A stretch of 58,690 bases of DNA, taken from positions 1-58,690 of the forward strand of contig DASRLI010000199.1 in assembly GCA_035648535.1 (NCBI GenBank). Direction: 5' to 3'. Shown one piece after another: positions 39,166-48,701 of this stretch. Each line of letters opens with the position of its first letter. Position 1 is the stretch's first letter. The DNA is from Terracidiphilus sp. (lineage in GTDB: Bacteria > Acidobacteriota > Terriglobia > Terriglobales > Acidobacteriaceae). The notes beneath the pieces are model-generated. The model was given only the letters and a program-made list of their open reading frames with translations. It was not told where the DNA came from and did no database searches. The position numbers and the translations under genes are program-made.

Positions 39166-40694
39166 GATTGCGCTCGCACAGTGAATTGTAAGATGGCGCC
39201 GCCCTGTTTGGAGTCTTCCGCCCAGAGCCGTCCGTCATGGGCTTCGATAATACTGCGGCAAATGGCCAAACCCATTCCTGTTCCGTCCGGCTTAGTACTG
39301 AAGAACGGCTCGAACATTCTCGAAGCAATTGCGGGAGCAATGCCCGAACCATGATCCTCGACCACTACCAGGATTTCGCCGTCGCCGTGCTTCTTTGACC
39401 GAATGATAAGTTCGCGCGGTGCGGCAACCCGCGTCATGGCGTCCATACCGTTTATGGCCAGGTTCAGAAGTACCTGCTGGATCTGCACCGGGTCCATCTC
39501 CAATTGGGGAAGGTCGTCTGTCAGTTCGAGTCGAATGGACACATCTCGTCGAATCGCTTCATCGCGCAACAACCTTGCCAACTCCCGAATCAGCCGATTT
39601 ATGCTGGCCAATTCGCGTACTTGCGCCTCCTTGCGGAAGAGTGCACGCACGCGGCTTACAACAACACTTGCGCGCGTACTTTCCTGAACAATCTTCTCCG
39701 CCGTCGCCGAGGCCTTCTCAAGGTTTGCTGGCTCACTTTGGAGCCACTCGCGGCATGCGTAAGCATGCGTCACCACGGCCGTCAGAGGCTGGTTGAGTTC
39801 GTGCGCAATAGATGCCGCCATCTCCGCCATGCTTAGCGTACGCAGCAGGCGCGTAAGATCGTCCTGCGCCTGCACCAGGCTTTGCTGTGCACTGTGTTGT
39901 TGCTCAATATCGATGTGGATGCCGTACCAGCGCGCGATTTCGCCATCTTCGGAACGCTGCGGAATGCTGCGCACAAGGAACCAGCGATAAATCCCATCCG
40001 CTCCGCGCACTCGCGCCTCGATCTCGAACATGCCGGCGCTTGCCAGTGCGGCCTGCCATCCCTGGCGAAATAGCGGCCTATCTTCAGGATGAATGACATT
40101 GAAGAATTCCTCTCCCGGCAACGTCTCCACGCGCCGGCCCAGGTAGTCGCACAAGTGTTGGTTGCAATATTCGATGCAACCCGCAGCGCCTGTGCGCCAA
40201 ATCTGCTGCGGGATGGCCTCCGTAAGCATGCGCAGTTGCCGCTCGCTTTCCCGTATCTCCAGATTGGATCGCTGCAGCTCGGCTGTTCGCTCCAGTACTT
40301 TGGCCTCAAGCTGATCCCGGGCAATCCGAATTGCGTTCTCGGCTCGCTTCCTTGCTGAACTCACAACTGTGATGGCAATGGCACACACAATGAAAGCGGC
40401 AAAGAAGCTCTGCGAATCCTTTGCTACAGATATTGAAAATAGCGGTGGGACAAAGAAATAGTCGATTAGGAGCGACGACATCACAACCGCTACGAAGCCG
40501 GCAATGAAGCCGCCGAACCACGCACTTCCCATGATCGCGGCAAAGAAGAGAAAGACAAAGGGGTAGGCAATGATGTGCTGCAGAGGAAATGTCCACAACA
40601 ACGCTACCACCACAAAGCAGCTTGCTATGGCGCACGGCTTCAGGCCATACTCCATCGTCCACCGGGAGAGCTGTTTCGCTTCAGTGCCTGTCAT
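39162..40694 (-). CDS. Sensor histidine kinase (DUF4118-like TM region, PAS, HisKA, HATPase)
   Basis: TM bundle, IHPED..PAS, IAHELNQPL, QVLLNLAING, EDHGSG, FEPFFSTK, GTGMGL; start uncertain. Confidence 0.92.
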   Translation of the reverse strand: MTGTEAKQLSRWTMEYGLKPCAIASCFVVVALLWTFPLQHIIAYPFVFLFFAAIMGSAWFGGFIAGFVAVVMSSLLIDYFFVPPLFSISVAKDSQSFFAAFIVCAIAITVVSSARKRAENAIRIARDQLEAKVLERTAELQRSNLEIRESERQLRMLTEAIPQQIWRTGAAGCIEYCNQHLCDYLGRRVETLPGEEFFNVIHPEDRPLFRQGWQAALASAGMFEIEARVRGADGIYRWFLVRSIPQRSEDGEIARWYGIHIDIEQQHSAQQSLVQAQDDLTRLLRTLSMAEMAASIAHELNQPLTAVVTHAYACREWLQSEPANLEKASATAEKIVQESTRASVVVSRVRALFRKEAQVRELASINRLIRELARLLRDEAIRRDVSIRLELTDDLPQLEMDPVQIQQVLLNLAINGMDAMTRVAAPRELIIRSKKHGDGEILVVVEDHGSGIAPAIASRMFEPFFSTKPDGTGMGLAICRSIIEAHDGRLWAEDSKQGGAILQFTVRAQS

Positions 40695-40964
40695 GTTGGC
40701 ATCATAAACCGAACCAATCCGGGTTACCCGATCATTAGTCGCTGCATGCGTGGCAGTGGGTCCCGCAGGGGCCCCATAGTGCGGCCAGAGCAAGCCCCTC
40801 CCGTCTGCAATTCGAGGCGCAAGGGGGCAGCCTGCCAAATCCCCAAAAAGGCACGACCAAACCTTTGCGATTCGGCCGTGTTTAAGGATGTAGATAGGTT
40901 GCGGAGTCGTGCGCCGGGAACGGTCTGCAAATCGCATTCCGCTCCTTGCGCCGGTCTTCAATGT

Positions 40965-42428
40965 TCATGGGTATAACTTCGCCGGCACGATCTCGGGTTG
41001 AGGATCTCCGGAGGCGACAATCAGCTTTTTCAACTCCTCGCGTAGTTGTTCAGCAGTTTCACGATATTCTTTTCTGCCTGCTACATTAACGAGTTCATGC
41101 GGGTCGTTGCGTTGATCGTACATCTGGTACTCGTGATAGTTGGTGCTTGCGGACGTGTTGGTTGCACCTGTCGGATCGGCGACGCAGTAAGTCCAGTCCT
41201 TTGTTCGGATGGACCGGCCGGTCATGGACTCGCTAATCTGAACCAGTTGCTGGTTGGGCCATGCAGCCCTTGCCTTCGCGTCATGAACGATCGGGAAAAA
41301 GCTGTGGCCTTTCATGGATTCAGGTATGGGAACGCCTGCAGCATCGAGCAGAGTGGGCGCAAGGTCGACGATGCCGACGATTTCCTGGATCTGGCGCGCG
41401 CTCTCAAAGCCGGGCCCGTCGATCAGCATCGGAACGCGAAGCGAGCTGTTGTGCGTACTGCGCTTGTACTCCTGATTACGAGTACAGAAGTGACAGCCGT
41501 GGTCGCTCATGAAGACGAAGATTGTGTTGTCGGCCAAGCCCTCCTCTTCGAGAACCTTGCGAAGCCGGCCTACTGAAGCATCGATGCTCTCGCAGGCGCC
41601 GTAGTAGTCCGGAAGTTGCTGGTGCCAGTCTCCCGGAAACGCGCGCAGGTCCGGTGGAACGTACGCATTGATGAAGCGCTCGGCCGAGCCCTTGGGGCCG
41701 ACCATGCGCCCGAGGTCGTTCTGCTGGTGGGGTTCGAGTTGCGAAATCAGGAGCAGGAACGGCTTCTCCTGCTTTTGGCGCAGGAATTTCTCCGCACGAT
41801 CGGTGAGAAAGTCGACGCGATACTCGTCCTTGTAGGTGATCGGGTTGTTGTCGCGATCCCAGATGGTTCCCTCATAGGGATGAGTGGAGAATTCGAGCGC
41901 GTTGGAAGCTTCCCAAAGATCGAGAAAGCCTCCGCGGTGCTCCTGAATGACGGGACCGCGTCCACCGCCCTCGGCCGCCGACCCTGCGGCGAGATGCCAC
42001 TTGCCAATGTAGTTGGCGGTGTAGCCTGCCTTTCGCAGCTCGGTGGCGATGGTGGGTAGCTCCTGTTTGAGACCGAGACCGTTGTGCCAGACGCCGGTTT
42101 CACTGGCGTAACGGCCGGTGAGCATCACCGAGCGCGACGGACCGCAGACGGGTTGGTTGGTGACGGCATGATTGAAATTGGTTCCGGCGGTTGCCAGCGC
42201 GTCGAGATTGGGCGTACGAGTGGAACTGTTGAGACCGTTGGCGCCGACGAAGTCCCAGCGGAACTGGTCGGAATGATAGATGACGATATTCGGTTTGCGG
42301 CCGCCGGCTGCAACATCGGCTTTCGGGCTCGCGCCGGGCTGCGCAGAATTGGGCAGGGCAGCCGCCACTCCCGCTTGCGCAGCGGCGACGGCTGTCCCTA
42401 TAAGGAAGTTCCTTCTGTTTACTTTCAA
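40965..42428 (-). CDS. Formylglycine-dependent sulfatase, Tat-exported
   Basis: NRRNFL leader, PNIVIYHSDQ, CGPSR..LTGR, GKWHL, SDHG; TTG start after GAGGAG. Confidence 0.92.
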   Translation of the reverse strand: MKVNRRNFLIGTAVAAAQAGVAAALPNSAQPGASPKADVAAGGRKPNIVIYHSDQFRWDFVGANGLNSSTRTPNLDALATAGTNFNHAVTNQPVCGPSRSVMLTGRYASETGVWHNGLGLKQELPTIATELRKAGYTANYIGKWHLAAGSAAEGGGRGPVIQEHRGGFLDLWEASNALEFSTHPYEGTIWDRDNNPITYKDEYRVDFLTDRAEKFLRQKQEKPFLLLISQLEPHQQNDLGRMVGPKGSAERFINAYVPPDLRAFPGDWHQQLPDYYGACESIDASVGRLRKVLEEEGLADNTIFVFMSDHGCHFCTRNQEYKRSTHNSSLRVPMLIDGPGFESARQIQEIVGIVDLAPTLLDAAGVPIPESMKGHSFFPIVHDAKARAAWPNQQLVQISESMTGRSIRTKDWTYCVADPTGATNTSASTNYHEYQMYDQRNDPHELVNVAGRKEYRETAEQLREELKKLIVASGDPQPEIVPAKLYP

Positions 42429-42471
42429 ACTTAAGCTCCTCGCTTTTCTTCCTTACGTTGGTGAGTCTTGC

Positions 42472-45400
42472 TCAGAAGTAGTACTTCATGCTCAACTGAA
42501 TTTCGCGTGGATCGCTTGGATTGTCGCGTGTAGCGCTGATCGAAGCGAAGGTGTTCGGCGTTGTAAAGTTCAGGCTGCCAGGCTGTCCGAGGTTCGGCGT
42601 ATTGGTCAGGTTGAAGACCTCGGCGCGAAATTCGAAATGTGTCTCGCCGACTGCCGGGAACTGACGGAAGAGTGACATGTTCAGCCCGCGGTATGGCGGT
42701 CCGGTTACCTGCGACGGAGCCCCGCCGAGATTTGCAGGAGTGGCTGAAGTTGCCGTTGCAGCGGCCGGATTTGAAAACGCGGATGGATTCAGGAACTGCT
42801 TTGCATTGTGACTGCCGGAATAGGGATTCTGGCCCGCCACTTTCAGCGCGTTGCAGCCCAGACCGGCGGCGTTAGTTGTTGTGCAGGCAACCGTGAACGG
42901 TTGCCCGTCCTGGGTAGTGAAGATCCAATTTGTTGACCATCCTCCCGCAACCCAGGAGCCGACGCCACTCGTGAGCCAGCGCTGATTCCTCCCGAAGGGA
43001 AGTTGGTAGCTTCCGCTCACATGCACAATGCGCCTCACGTGAATGTCGCAGAGTCCATAATCGGCGCGAATGCCCATTCCGGCAACATATGGGGCACGAT
43101 AACTGCCGACACCGTTATCAAGCATGTCGCGGGTATCGCTCAAGCACTTTGACAAGGTGAAATTGGCAAGCAGGCTGAAGCCGTTGCTGTAGCGATGCTC
43201 ACCATTGATCTGCAAGCCATTGTAGTTGGACTCTCCGGCGCGCGCAATAAAGGTTCCACCGGTAGCGAAGTCCGGGAAGAACGAGTTTGCCTTTACGTTT
43301 GCTGACGGCGCCAGGATGCTACCGACCGTGTTCTCGTTGATTCCGACCTGCACATGCCTGGATACCGTACCCACGTAGCCGGCCTGGAGAACGGTGTTCG
43401 GCGTAAGCTGATATTGGAATTGCAGATTGTAGGCCTCGGAATAGGAGGTCTTCGCGTTGCGCGGCTCGCCGAGCAGGGTAAGGCTCGTATTCGTCGTAGC
43501 AACCGCGGCTGCAGCAGTCAGCGGCACATTGACCAGGCCATTTTGCAGAGTTCCGACCGAGTTATCCGAAGTAAGCGGCGTTACGGCGTTGCTGTTGGAA
43601 TACGACGTGGTCACCTGGAATGGGAAGTTGATGTAGTTGCTGATGCTGAGTCCATGGTTTTCATTCCCCTGGTAGAACATGCCAAACCCGGCACGAACTA
43701 CTACCTTCGGCAGGAACTGATAGGAGAACCCTACGCGCGGCCCGAAGTTGGTTTTCTGGGCCAGCACAAGACTGTTGCCGTTTACAGGCGTGAACGCGAT
43801 ACCGTCCTTCGCGAGCAACGTCTGAAAGGCGATTGGTACATTCGCAACCTGAGCCTGGGGGATATAGAACGTTGATGTGGTTGTGAGACCTGTTTGAGCT
43901 GGTACCACATTCGCGAAGTGATTGTTGCCTTCCTCGGGCGCTCCAATGAAGTCCCAGCGCAGGCCAAGGTTAAGCGTCAGTTTCGGAAGAATGCGCCAGT
44001 TATCCTGCACGTATGCGCCAACGACCGGACGGACGAGACGAAACGCGGGCGGAAAATTCGATGCGCTCAATGCGTTTGCCGCGCCTACATTGCTAAGTCC
44101 GCCAGGAACGGTCGTCGCTCGAGGATTGAGTATGAACTGTGCGCGATCGGTTGAGCTGTCTGTTGAATTCACGACGGAGGTGTAGACGCCGTTGCTGGTG
44201 AAACTGCCCCGCGAGGTGGTCGGTGTCAGCGTGGGGGCGGCAATGTACTGGTACTCGCTGCCCAGACGGATCTGGTGCTTACCTCTGTCGATCGAGAGGT
44301 TCTCCGAGATCTGGAAGATGTCGCTGGCCTTGCTGCTCGGGTTCGTGCCGGACGACCCCATGGCGGACAGCAGTCCAAAGTTCAGTGTAGGCAGTCCCCC
44401 GTTGGTTGGAATCTGCGGAACCCCCTGGATGCCGTACTGCCCGGGAATTCCCATTACAGTTGCGTTGAACTGCTGCCGCAGATCGGCAACGCGGCTGTAG
44501 CCGGCGCGCACTTCAAGCACAAGGCGTGGATTGAAGATGTGGGTCTCGCTGAGCGCCTCGTTCTGCGACTCCGTCCAACCTGTTCCCGGACGGGATGCGC
44601 CGCCGTCGGCTACGCCCGGAAATGGAGGCGGCTGGAGTTGGGTATTGTGGACGTAACTGTAGCGGGCAAACGCCGAGTCTCTGTCGCTGAATACGTGATC
44701 GAGTCGGGTGTCGAATCCGTTTATGGTGGTAGTGGCCGCCGGGCTTGTCGTGTAGTTGTTGGTCAGTGCCGACGAGGTTGGAGCCGGATATAGCTTGAGC
44801 AACGCGATGGCGGCGGCATTCAGCCGAGCGGAGGGCAGTTGATTCATGAGCGCTGTGGCTGAGGCGCCGGTAAAGTTGGTAATTCCGCCGATCGCGCCGT
44901 TGTAAAAGGGATCGCGCACAAAGCCAGTGGCGGTGGGCGTCAGCCCTGTGACCGGATCGACGACGCCGGCAGTAACGGGACGGCTGGTCGCTGGGTCAAA
45001 CACGGCTCCGCTGGGAAATACACGCCCGAGAAGATCTGTCTTGGTTCCGCTTTGCAGCGTGATGAGATCTTGCAGGTTGGTAAACCCGCTGGCATTTTCC
45101 GCCGCGGTGGGGACGGTTTGCGTATAGGTCTTTCCTTTGACGACGCGCGTTCCCTGGTAATCAAAGAAGAAGAAGGTCTTATTGCGCGCGTCATAGAGGT
45201 GAGGAATGCTAAGTGGGCCACCGATCGTTCCACCAAACTGATTTTGTCGGAACTCGGGCTTGCGTTGCGTGCTGAGTACGAAGAAGTCCTTAGCATCGAA
45301 GAAATCGTTGCGCACGAATTCCCACAGATCGCCGTGGTAGGCATTCGATCCGGACTTGGTAGTCACGTTCAGCACCGCGCCGGCGGCGTGCCCAAACTCT

Positions 45401-46170
45401 GCTGAGTAATCACTGGTCTGTACAGTGAATTCCCGTAGCGCATCGGGCGGAGGCAGTACGACGAATTGAGACTGGTTGACGAGGTCGGCGATGGCAACAT
45501 TGTCATCCATGCCGTCGAGCAAGTAATCGTTCTGTGTGCGCCGGGATCCATTGGCTGTGAACGAACCGCTTGCCTGCAGGCCGCGGCTGTCGTTCTGCGC
45601 AATGGTGACGCCAGGCGACAACTGCGCCAGGAAGGCAGCGTTGCGCCCGTTGAGCGGCAGGTCGTTGATAACTTTCTGACTGACCAACTGCTGGATGGAG
45701 GAGCTTTGGGTTTCAAGAATGGGTCCGGCAGAGGTGACCTCGACCTGCTGCGTTACCTCACCGACTTGCAGCTTGGGATCGATTTCAAGGTGTCCCTGGA
45801 CGGTCACTTCGATCTGTGTCTGCACCGAGGTTTGGAAGCCTGGTTTCGTGACCTTCAGGGTGTAAGTGCCGATTCTCAGGGGAGTGAAGCTGAAACTGCC
45901 ATCCTGACCGGACACTTGCGACTGCTTGCGGCCGGTGGATGGTTCGGTGACGGTAAGCGTTGCGGCAGGCACGGCAGCTCCCGATGAGTCGAGAACCGTT
46001 CCGACGATGGAACCGGTATCGACCTGTGCATGCAAAATACGCTGTGACAATGGAAGGAAGAGGATTAGTAATGCCAGATACCATCCATGCCTTACACTGA
46101 ATCGCCTGGCGTACAATTTCGGCTCATATTTGCCGTTTGCATTCATGCTTTGTCTCATCTCTGTGGCCAT
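42472..46170 (-). CDS. TonB-dependent receptor with N-terminal carboxypeptidase-regulatory-like domain
   Basis: GSIVGTVLDSSGA, LPLNGRN, NDYLLDGMD, YSAEFG, TKSGSN, RQNQFGG, FRAEVFN, C-terminal PREIQLSMKYYF; GGAG RBS before ATG 46170. Confidence 0.93.
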   Translation of the reverse strand: MATEMRQSMNANGKYEPKLYARRFSVRHGWYLALLILFLPLSQRILHAQVDTGSIVGTVLDSSGAAVPAATLTVTEPSTGRKQSQVSGQDGSFSFTPLRIGTYTLKVTKPGFQTSVQTQIEVTVQGHLEIDPKLQVGEVTQQVEVTSAGPILETQSSSIQQLVSQKVINDLPLNGRNAAFLAQLSPGVTIAQNDSRGLQASGSFTANGSRRTQNDYLLDGMDDNVAIADLVNQSQFVVLPPPDALREFTVQTSDYSAEFGHAAGAVLNVTTKSGSNAYHGDLWEFVRNDFFDAKDFFVLSTQRKPEFRQNQFGGTIGGPLSIPHLYDARNKTFFFFDYQGTRVVKGKTYTQTVPTAAENASGFTNLQDLITLQSGTKTDLLGRVFPSGAVFDPATSRPVTAGVVDPVTGLTPTATGFVRDPFYNGAIGGITNFTGASATALMNQLPSARLNAAAIALLKLYPAPTSSALTNNYTTSPAATTTINGFDTRLDHVFSDRDSAFARYSYVHNTQLQPPPFPGVADGGASRPGTGWTESQNEALSETHIFNPRLVLEVRAGYSRVADLRQQFNATVMGIPGQYGIQGVPQIPTNGGLPTLNFGLLSAMGSSGTNPSSKASDIFQISENLSIDRGKHQIRLGSEYQYIAAPTLTPTTSRGSFTSNGVYTSVVNSTDSSTDRAQFILNPRATTVPGGLSNVGAANALSASNFPPAFRLVRPVVGAYVQDNWRILPKLTLNLGLRWDFIGAPEEGNNHFANVVPAQTGLTTTSTFYIPQAQVANVPIAFQTLLAKDGIAFTPVNGNSLVLAQKTNFGPRVGFSYQFLPKVVVRAGFGMFYQGNENHGLSISNYINFPFQVTTSYSNSNAVTPLTSDNSVGTLQNGLVNVPLTAAAAVATTNTSLTLLGEPRNAKTSYSEAYNLQFQYQLTPNTVLQAGYVGTVSRHVQVGINENTVGSILAPSANVKANSFFPDFATGGTFIARAGESNYNGLQINGEHRYSNGFSLLANFTLSKCLSDTRDMLDNGVGSYRAPYVAGMGIRADYGLCDIHVRRIVHVSGSYQLPFGRNQRWLTSGVGSWVAGGWSTNWIFTTQDGQPFTVACTTTNAAGLGCNALKVAGQNPYSGSHNAKQFLNPSAFSNPAAATATSATPANLGGAPSQVTGPPYRGLNMSLFRQFPAVGETHFEFRAEVFNLTNTPNLGQPGSLNFTTPNTFASISATRDNPSDPREIQLSMKYYF

Positions 46171-46287
46171 CCTGAACTCCTTACGGTTCTTGAAACCGCT
46201 GTTGACAACTTCGCGAGTTAGAACTTTGCGAAGGGACACTTCTAACGAACTCCGGCGGGCACTCCCGGACCGGAAATATTCCGCCCC

Positions 46288-46325
46288 AAAATGAAAAACC
46301 CACCGCGCCGTGCTGCGCGGTGGGT
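46288..46325 (-). terminator. Intrinsic terminator within the TBDR 5' leader
   Basis: Minus strand ACCCACCGCGC-agcacg-GCGCGGTGGGT-TTTTCATTTT (11-bp stem plus U-tract), ~120 nt upstream of the start codon. Confidence 0.7.
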
Positions 46326-46976
46326 CTCTGGTTTTCCGATGCTGTGTTTTCGGAATCTAGCCCAGTGAACACGCCCGCGCAGCGCCGCCCTGACAGCAGC
46401 ACGTACAGATCGCGAGTGTGAACGAGTAGGCCATTGAGTTTCTTCCCCGCCGAGGAGCTTTTGCATGCCGCTGCACGGCGAGTGTCTGTAGCGTAAAGTG
46501 AAATCGCCTGCGTGTCAAACGATGTGCGCGGATTCGAGCTCGATACAATCCAGATCCCAGAGGGGAAGACCCCCGGCGAGGGTCCGCACCGCGAGTCCGC
46601 AATCGCATGAAGTCCCATCATCGTCGTCTTACGGCACGTTGAAAGCGATTTCAATTCAAGTTGGTCCTTTAGTCGCTCCAGAAGCAGCGCAAATGGACTT
46701 AAGAACCGATGCGCCTGGCGGAGAATCCCTATCCGCCAGGGTAAGCCGAGTCCGACTTGGGTGCGCCCGAAAGCCATAGAAAGGACTGGACGGCATTCCC
46801 CGAACCGCCAGGATTCGCAACGGTTCACTGGACATTTCGAAACTGTCGCGCATGATTTACCGTTCCGAAGTTCGCTGTCAAGTCACATGTCGGCAATGAC
46901 CGTTACGCACATGGAGACCATGGTAAAGTTTTTTATTTCTGTAAGATAGACGGGGAAGCCTGACATTTGCTTAGGC

Positions 46977-48143
46977 ATGTCACGTGGTGTTAGGCTTGCC
47001 CAGATGAAATTGGACGGCCCAGTCAACTCTTCGGAAGTCCCGATGGATCCCGTGTTGGAGCATCTGGATGGAATCTGCGCGAGTCCCTTCTTCATATCCA
47101 GCAAGCGGTGTCAGCAGTTTCTTCGATATGTAGTTTTGGAGACCCTCGAAGGGCGCGGAGAGCGGATCAAGGAACGCAATATTGCGCACGAGGTATTCGG
47201 AAAAGGGAGCAACTTCGAGCCTGGCGAGTACTCGCTGGTGCGGGTGAAGGCAGGCGAGCTAAGGAAGCGATTATCGGATTACTACGAGTCAGCGCCAGAG
47301 CATGGCCTCAGAATCGAACTTCCGGTCGGGAGTTATGTTCCGCGGATTCATAATTTCAATGCTCCGCCACCGCCCGTCGATCCTGACGTTGCCACTGAGA
47401 GCAGCACTGCGAGAACAATTGACCGGCGACGGTTCGGCTGGCTGGTCGGCGGGACACTTGGGGTCCTGGGGGCAGCGAGCCTTGTGCCGCTTTATCGATG
47501 GAAGACCACGCCATTGGATCTACTATGGCGTCCGGTCTTTGCCACCAAGGCGCCTTTGCTCATCTTCATCCCCGTGATGCGCGAGCCGAACGGCGACCTG
47601 ACGGAATGGGTCGGAATAGGGCCTGCGGCGACGCTGCGACGCGCGGCAGATTATCTGACGGAGCATCACTATCCCTATCACGTGCGATTCGGCGCGGAGC
47701 TGACGTTCTCCCAGTTGAGCGAGCAGCCAAGCCTGCTGCTTGGGGGCTTCGATGTGGACTGGACGCTCCGCATGACCAGCGGCCTGCGCTTTGCTCCAAT
47801 CCATATTGAAGGGACGGGAGAGCGTGCCATCATCGACAGGCAGACAAAGCAGAACTGGAAGTCCGTCAAACGTCCAGAGAATCCATACGTCGATGTGGAC
47901 TATGGGATCCTGTGCCGGCTGTTCGATTCGACAACCGGCCAAATTGCTTTCCTTGCTGTCGGCACCCAAACCTTTGGGACGGAGGGCGCGGCCAATTTCC
48001 TGTTCTATCCCGAGCTCTTTTCCAGCCTGATAAAGCAGGCGCCCAGCAACTGGGAGACCAAGAACATTCAGGCCGTCATTCGCGTCTCCGTCATTGGGAC
48101 AACTCCCTCAACTCCACAGTTGGTCGCCTCCTACTTCTGGTAA
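46977..48143 (+). CDS. Membrane-anchored putative transcriptional regulator (N-terminal wHTH-like domain, TM, periplasmic sensor)
   Basis: SPFF..SKRCQQFLRYVV, IKERNIA.EVFG, VRVKAGELRKRL..YY, IELPVGSYVP; single TM; divergent from the TBDR; start uncertain. Confidence 0.75.
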   Translation: MSRGVRLAQMKLDGPVNSSEVPMDPVLEHLDGICASPFFISSKRCQQFLRYVVLETLEGRGERIKERNIAHEVFGKGSNFEPGEYSLVRVKAGELRKRLSDYYESAPEHGLRIELPVGSYVPRIHNFNAPPPPVDPDVATESSTARTIDRRRFGWLVGGTLGVLGAASLVPLYRWKTTPLDLLWRPVFATKAPLLIFIPVMREPNGDLTEWVGIGPAATLRRAADYLTEHHYPYHVRFGAELTFSQLSEQPSLLLGGFDVDWTLRMTSGLRFAPIHIEGTGERAIIDRQTKQNWKSVKRPENPYVDVDYGILCRLFDSTTGQIAFLAVGTQTFGTEGAANFLFYPELFSSLIKQAPSNWETKNIQAVIRVSVIGTTPSTPQLVASYFW

Positions 48144-48380
48144 GGCGGCTCTTGCTCATATATAGCTATCTCTTTCCTCCCCCACATTGCAAAGCCAGTT
48201 TCGTTTCGCTCTTGATTTGGGGTACACCAACCCTGGTTTCGACATGCACTCGACCCCGGGATGGGCAAAGTTGTGGGCACCCACCTGCTTTCCAGGACAA
48301 ATCTCATCCGGGGGCAAGGTAACCCCCGTGTTGGCAACGCAAAAGCAGCAGCCAGATAAGGCGAAGGTGCAGGCTAGGTT

Positions 48381-48398
48381 GCGTGAATCCCATCACAT
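48381..48398. promoter_or_regulatory. CRP/Rex-like palindromic operator
   Basis: CGTGA-ATCCCA-TCACA (9/10 to TGTGA-N6-TCACA), ~300 nt upstream of the methylmalonyl-CoA operon. Confidence 0.4.
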
Positions 48399-48701
48399 CC
48401 CCTCATGCTTTATGGGGGATAGAATTCCAGCGTTGAGGGAGTGTTTTTCAGCGCCGTGCCCCGCCGGATGGCGCCAAATCCCTTCAGAAACCGCGCCGAG
48501 GGCGCAAGAAACCGGCAAGTATCCGTTCAGCCGAGGTCCAGAGCCGAAAACCAGGTTATCGGCGGCACCGGACATGAAAGCTCTGAACCGGGGTTAGCCA
48601 TTTGAACGCACTTAACGGCAAAGAGCGCTGGGAAATAGAGGCTCTGGAACCACGGAAGCAGATTCAAGTTCATAACTACTAACCGTAACCGGAGAGCAGG
48701 A

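Noticed and set aside
48330-48600. Cobalamin riboswitch upstream of the mutase operon
   Set aside because: Core elements (GGGAA..GGTG, CCCCGCaACTGT, GCCACTG, AGYCAGrAgACC) are not present in order; only a chance gccccgcc
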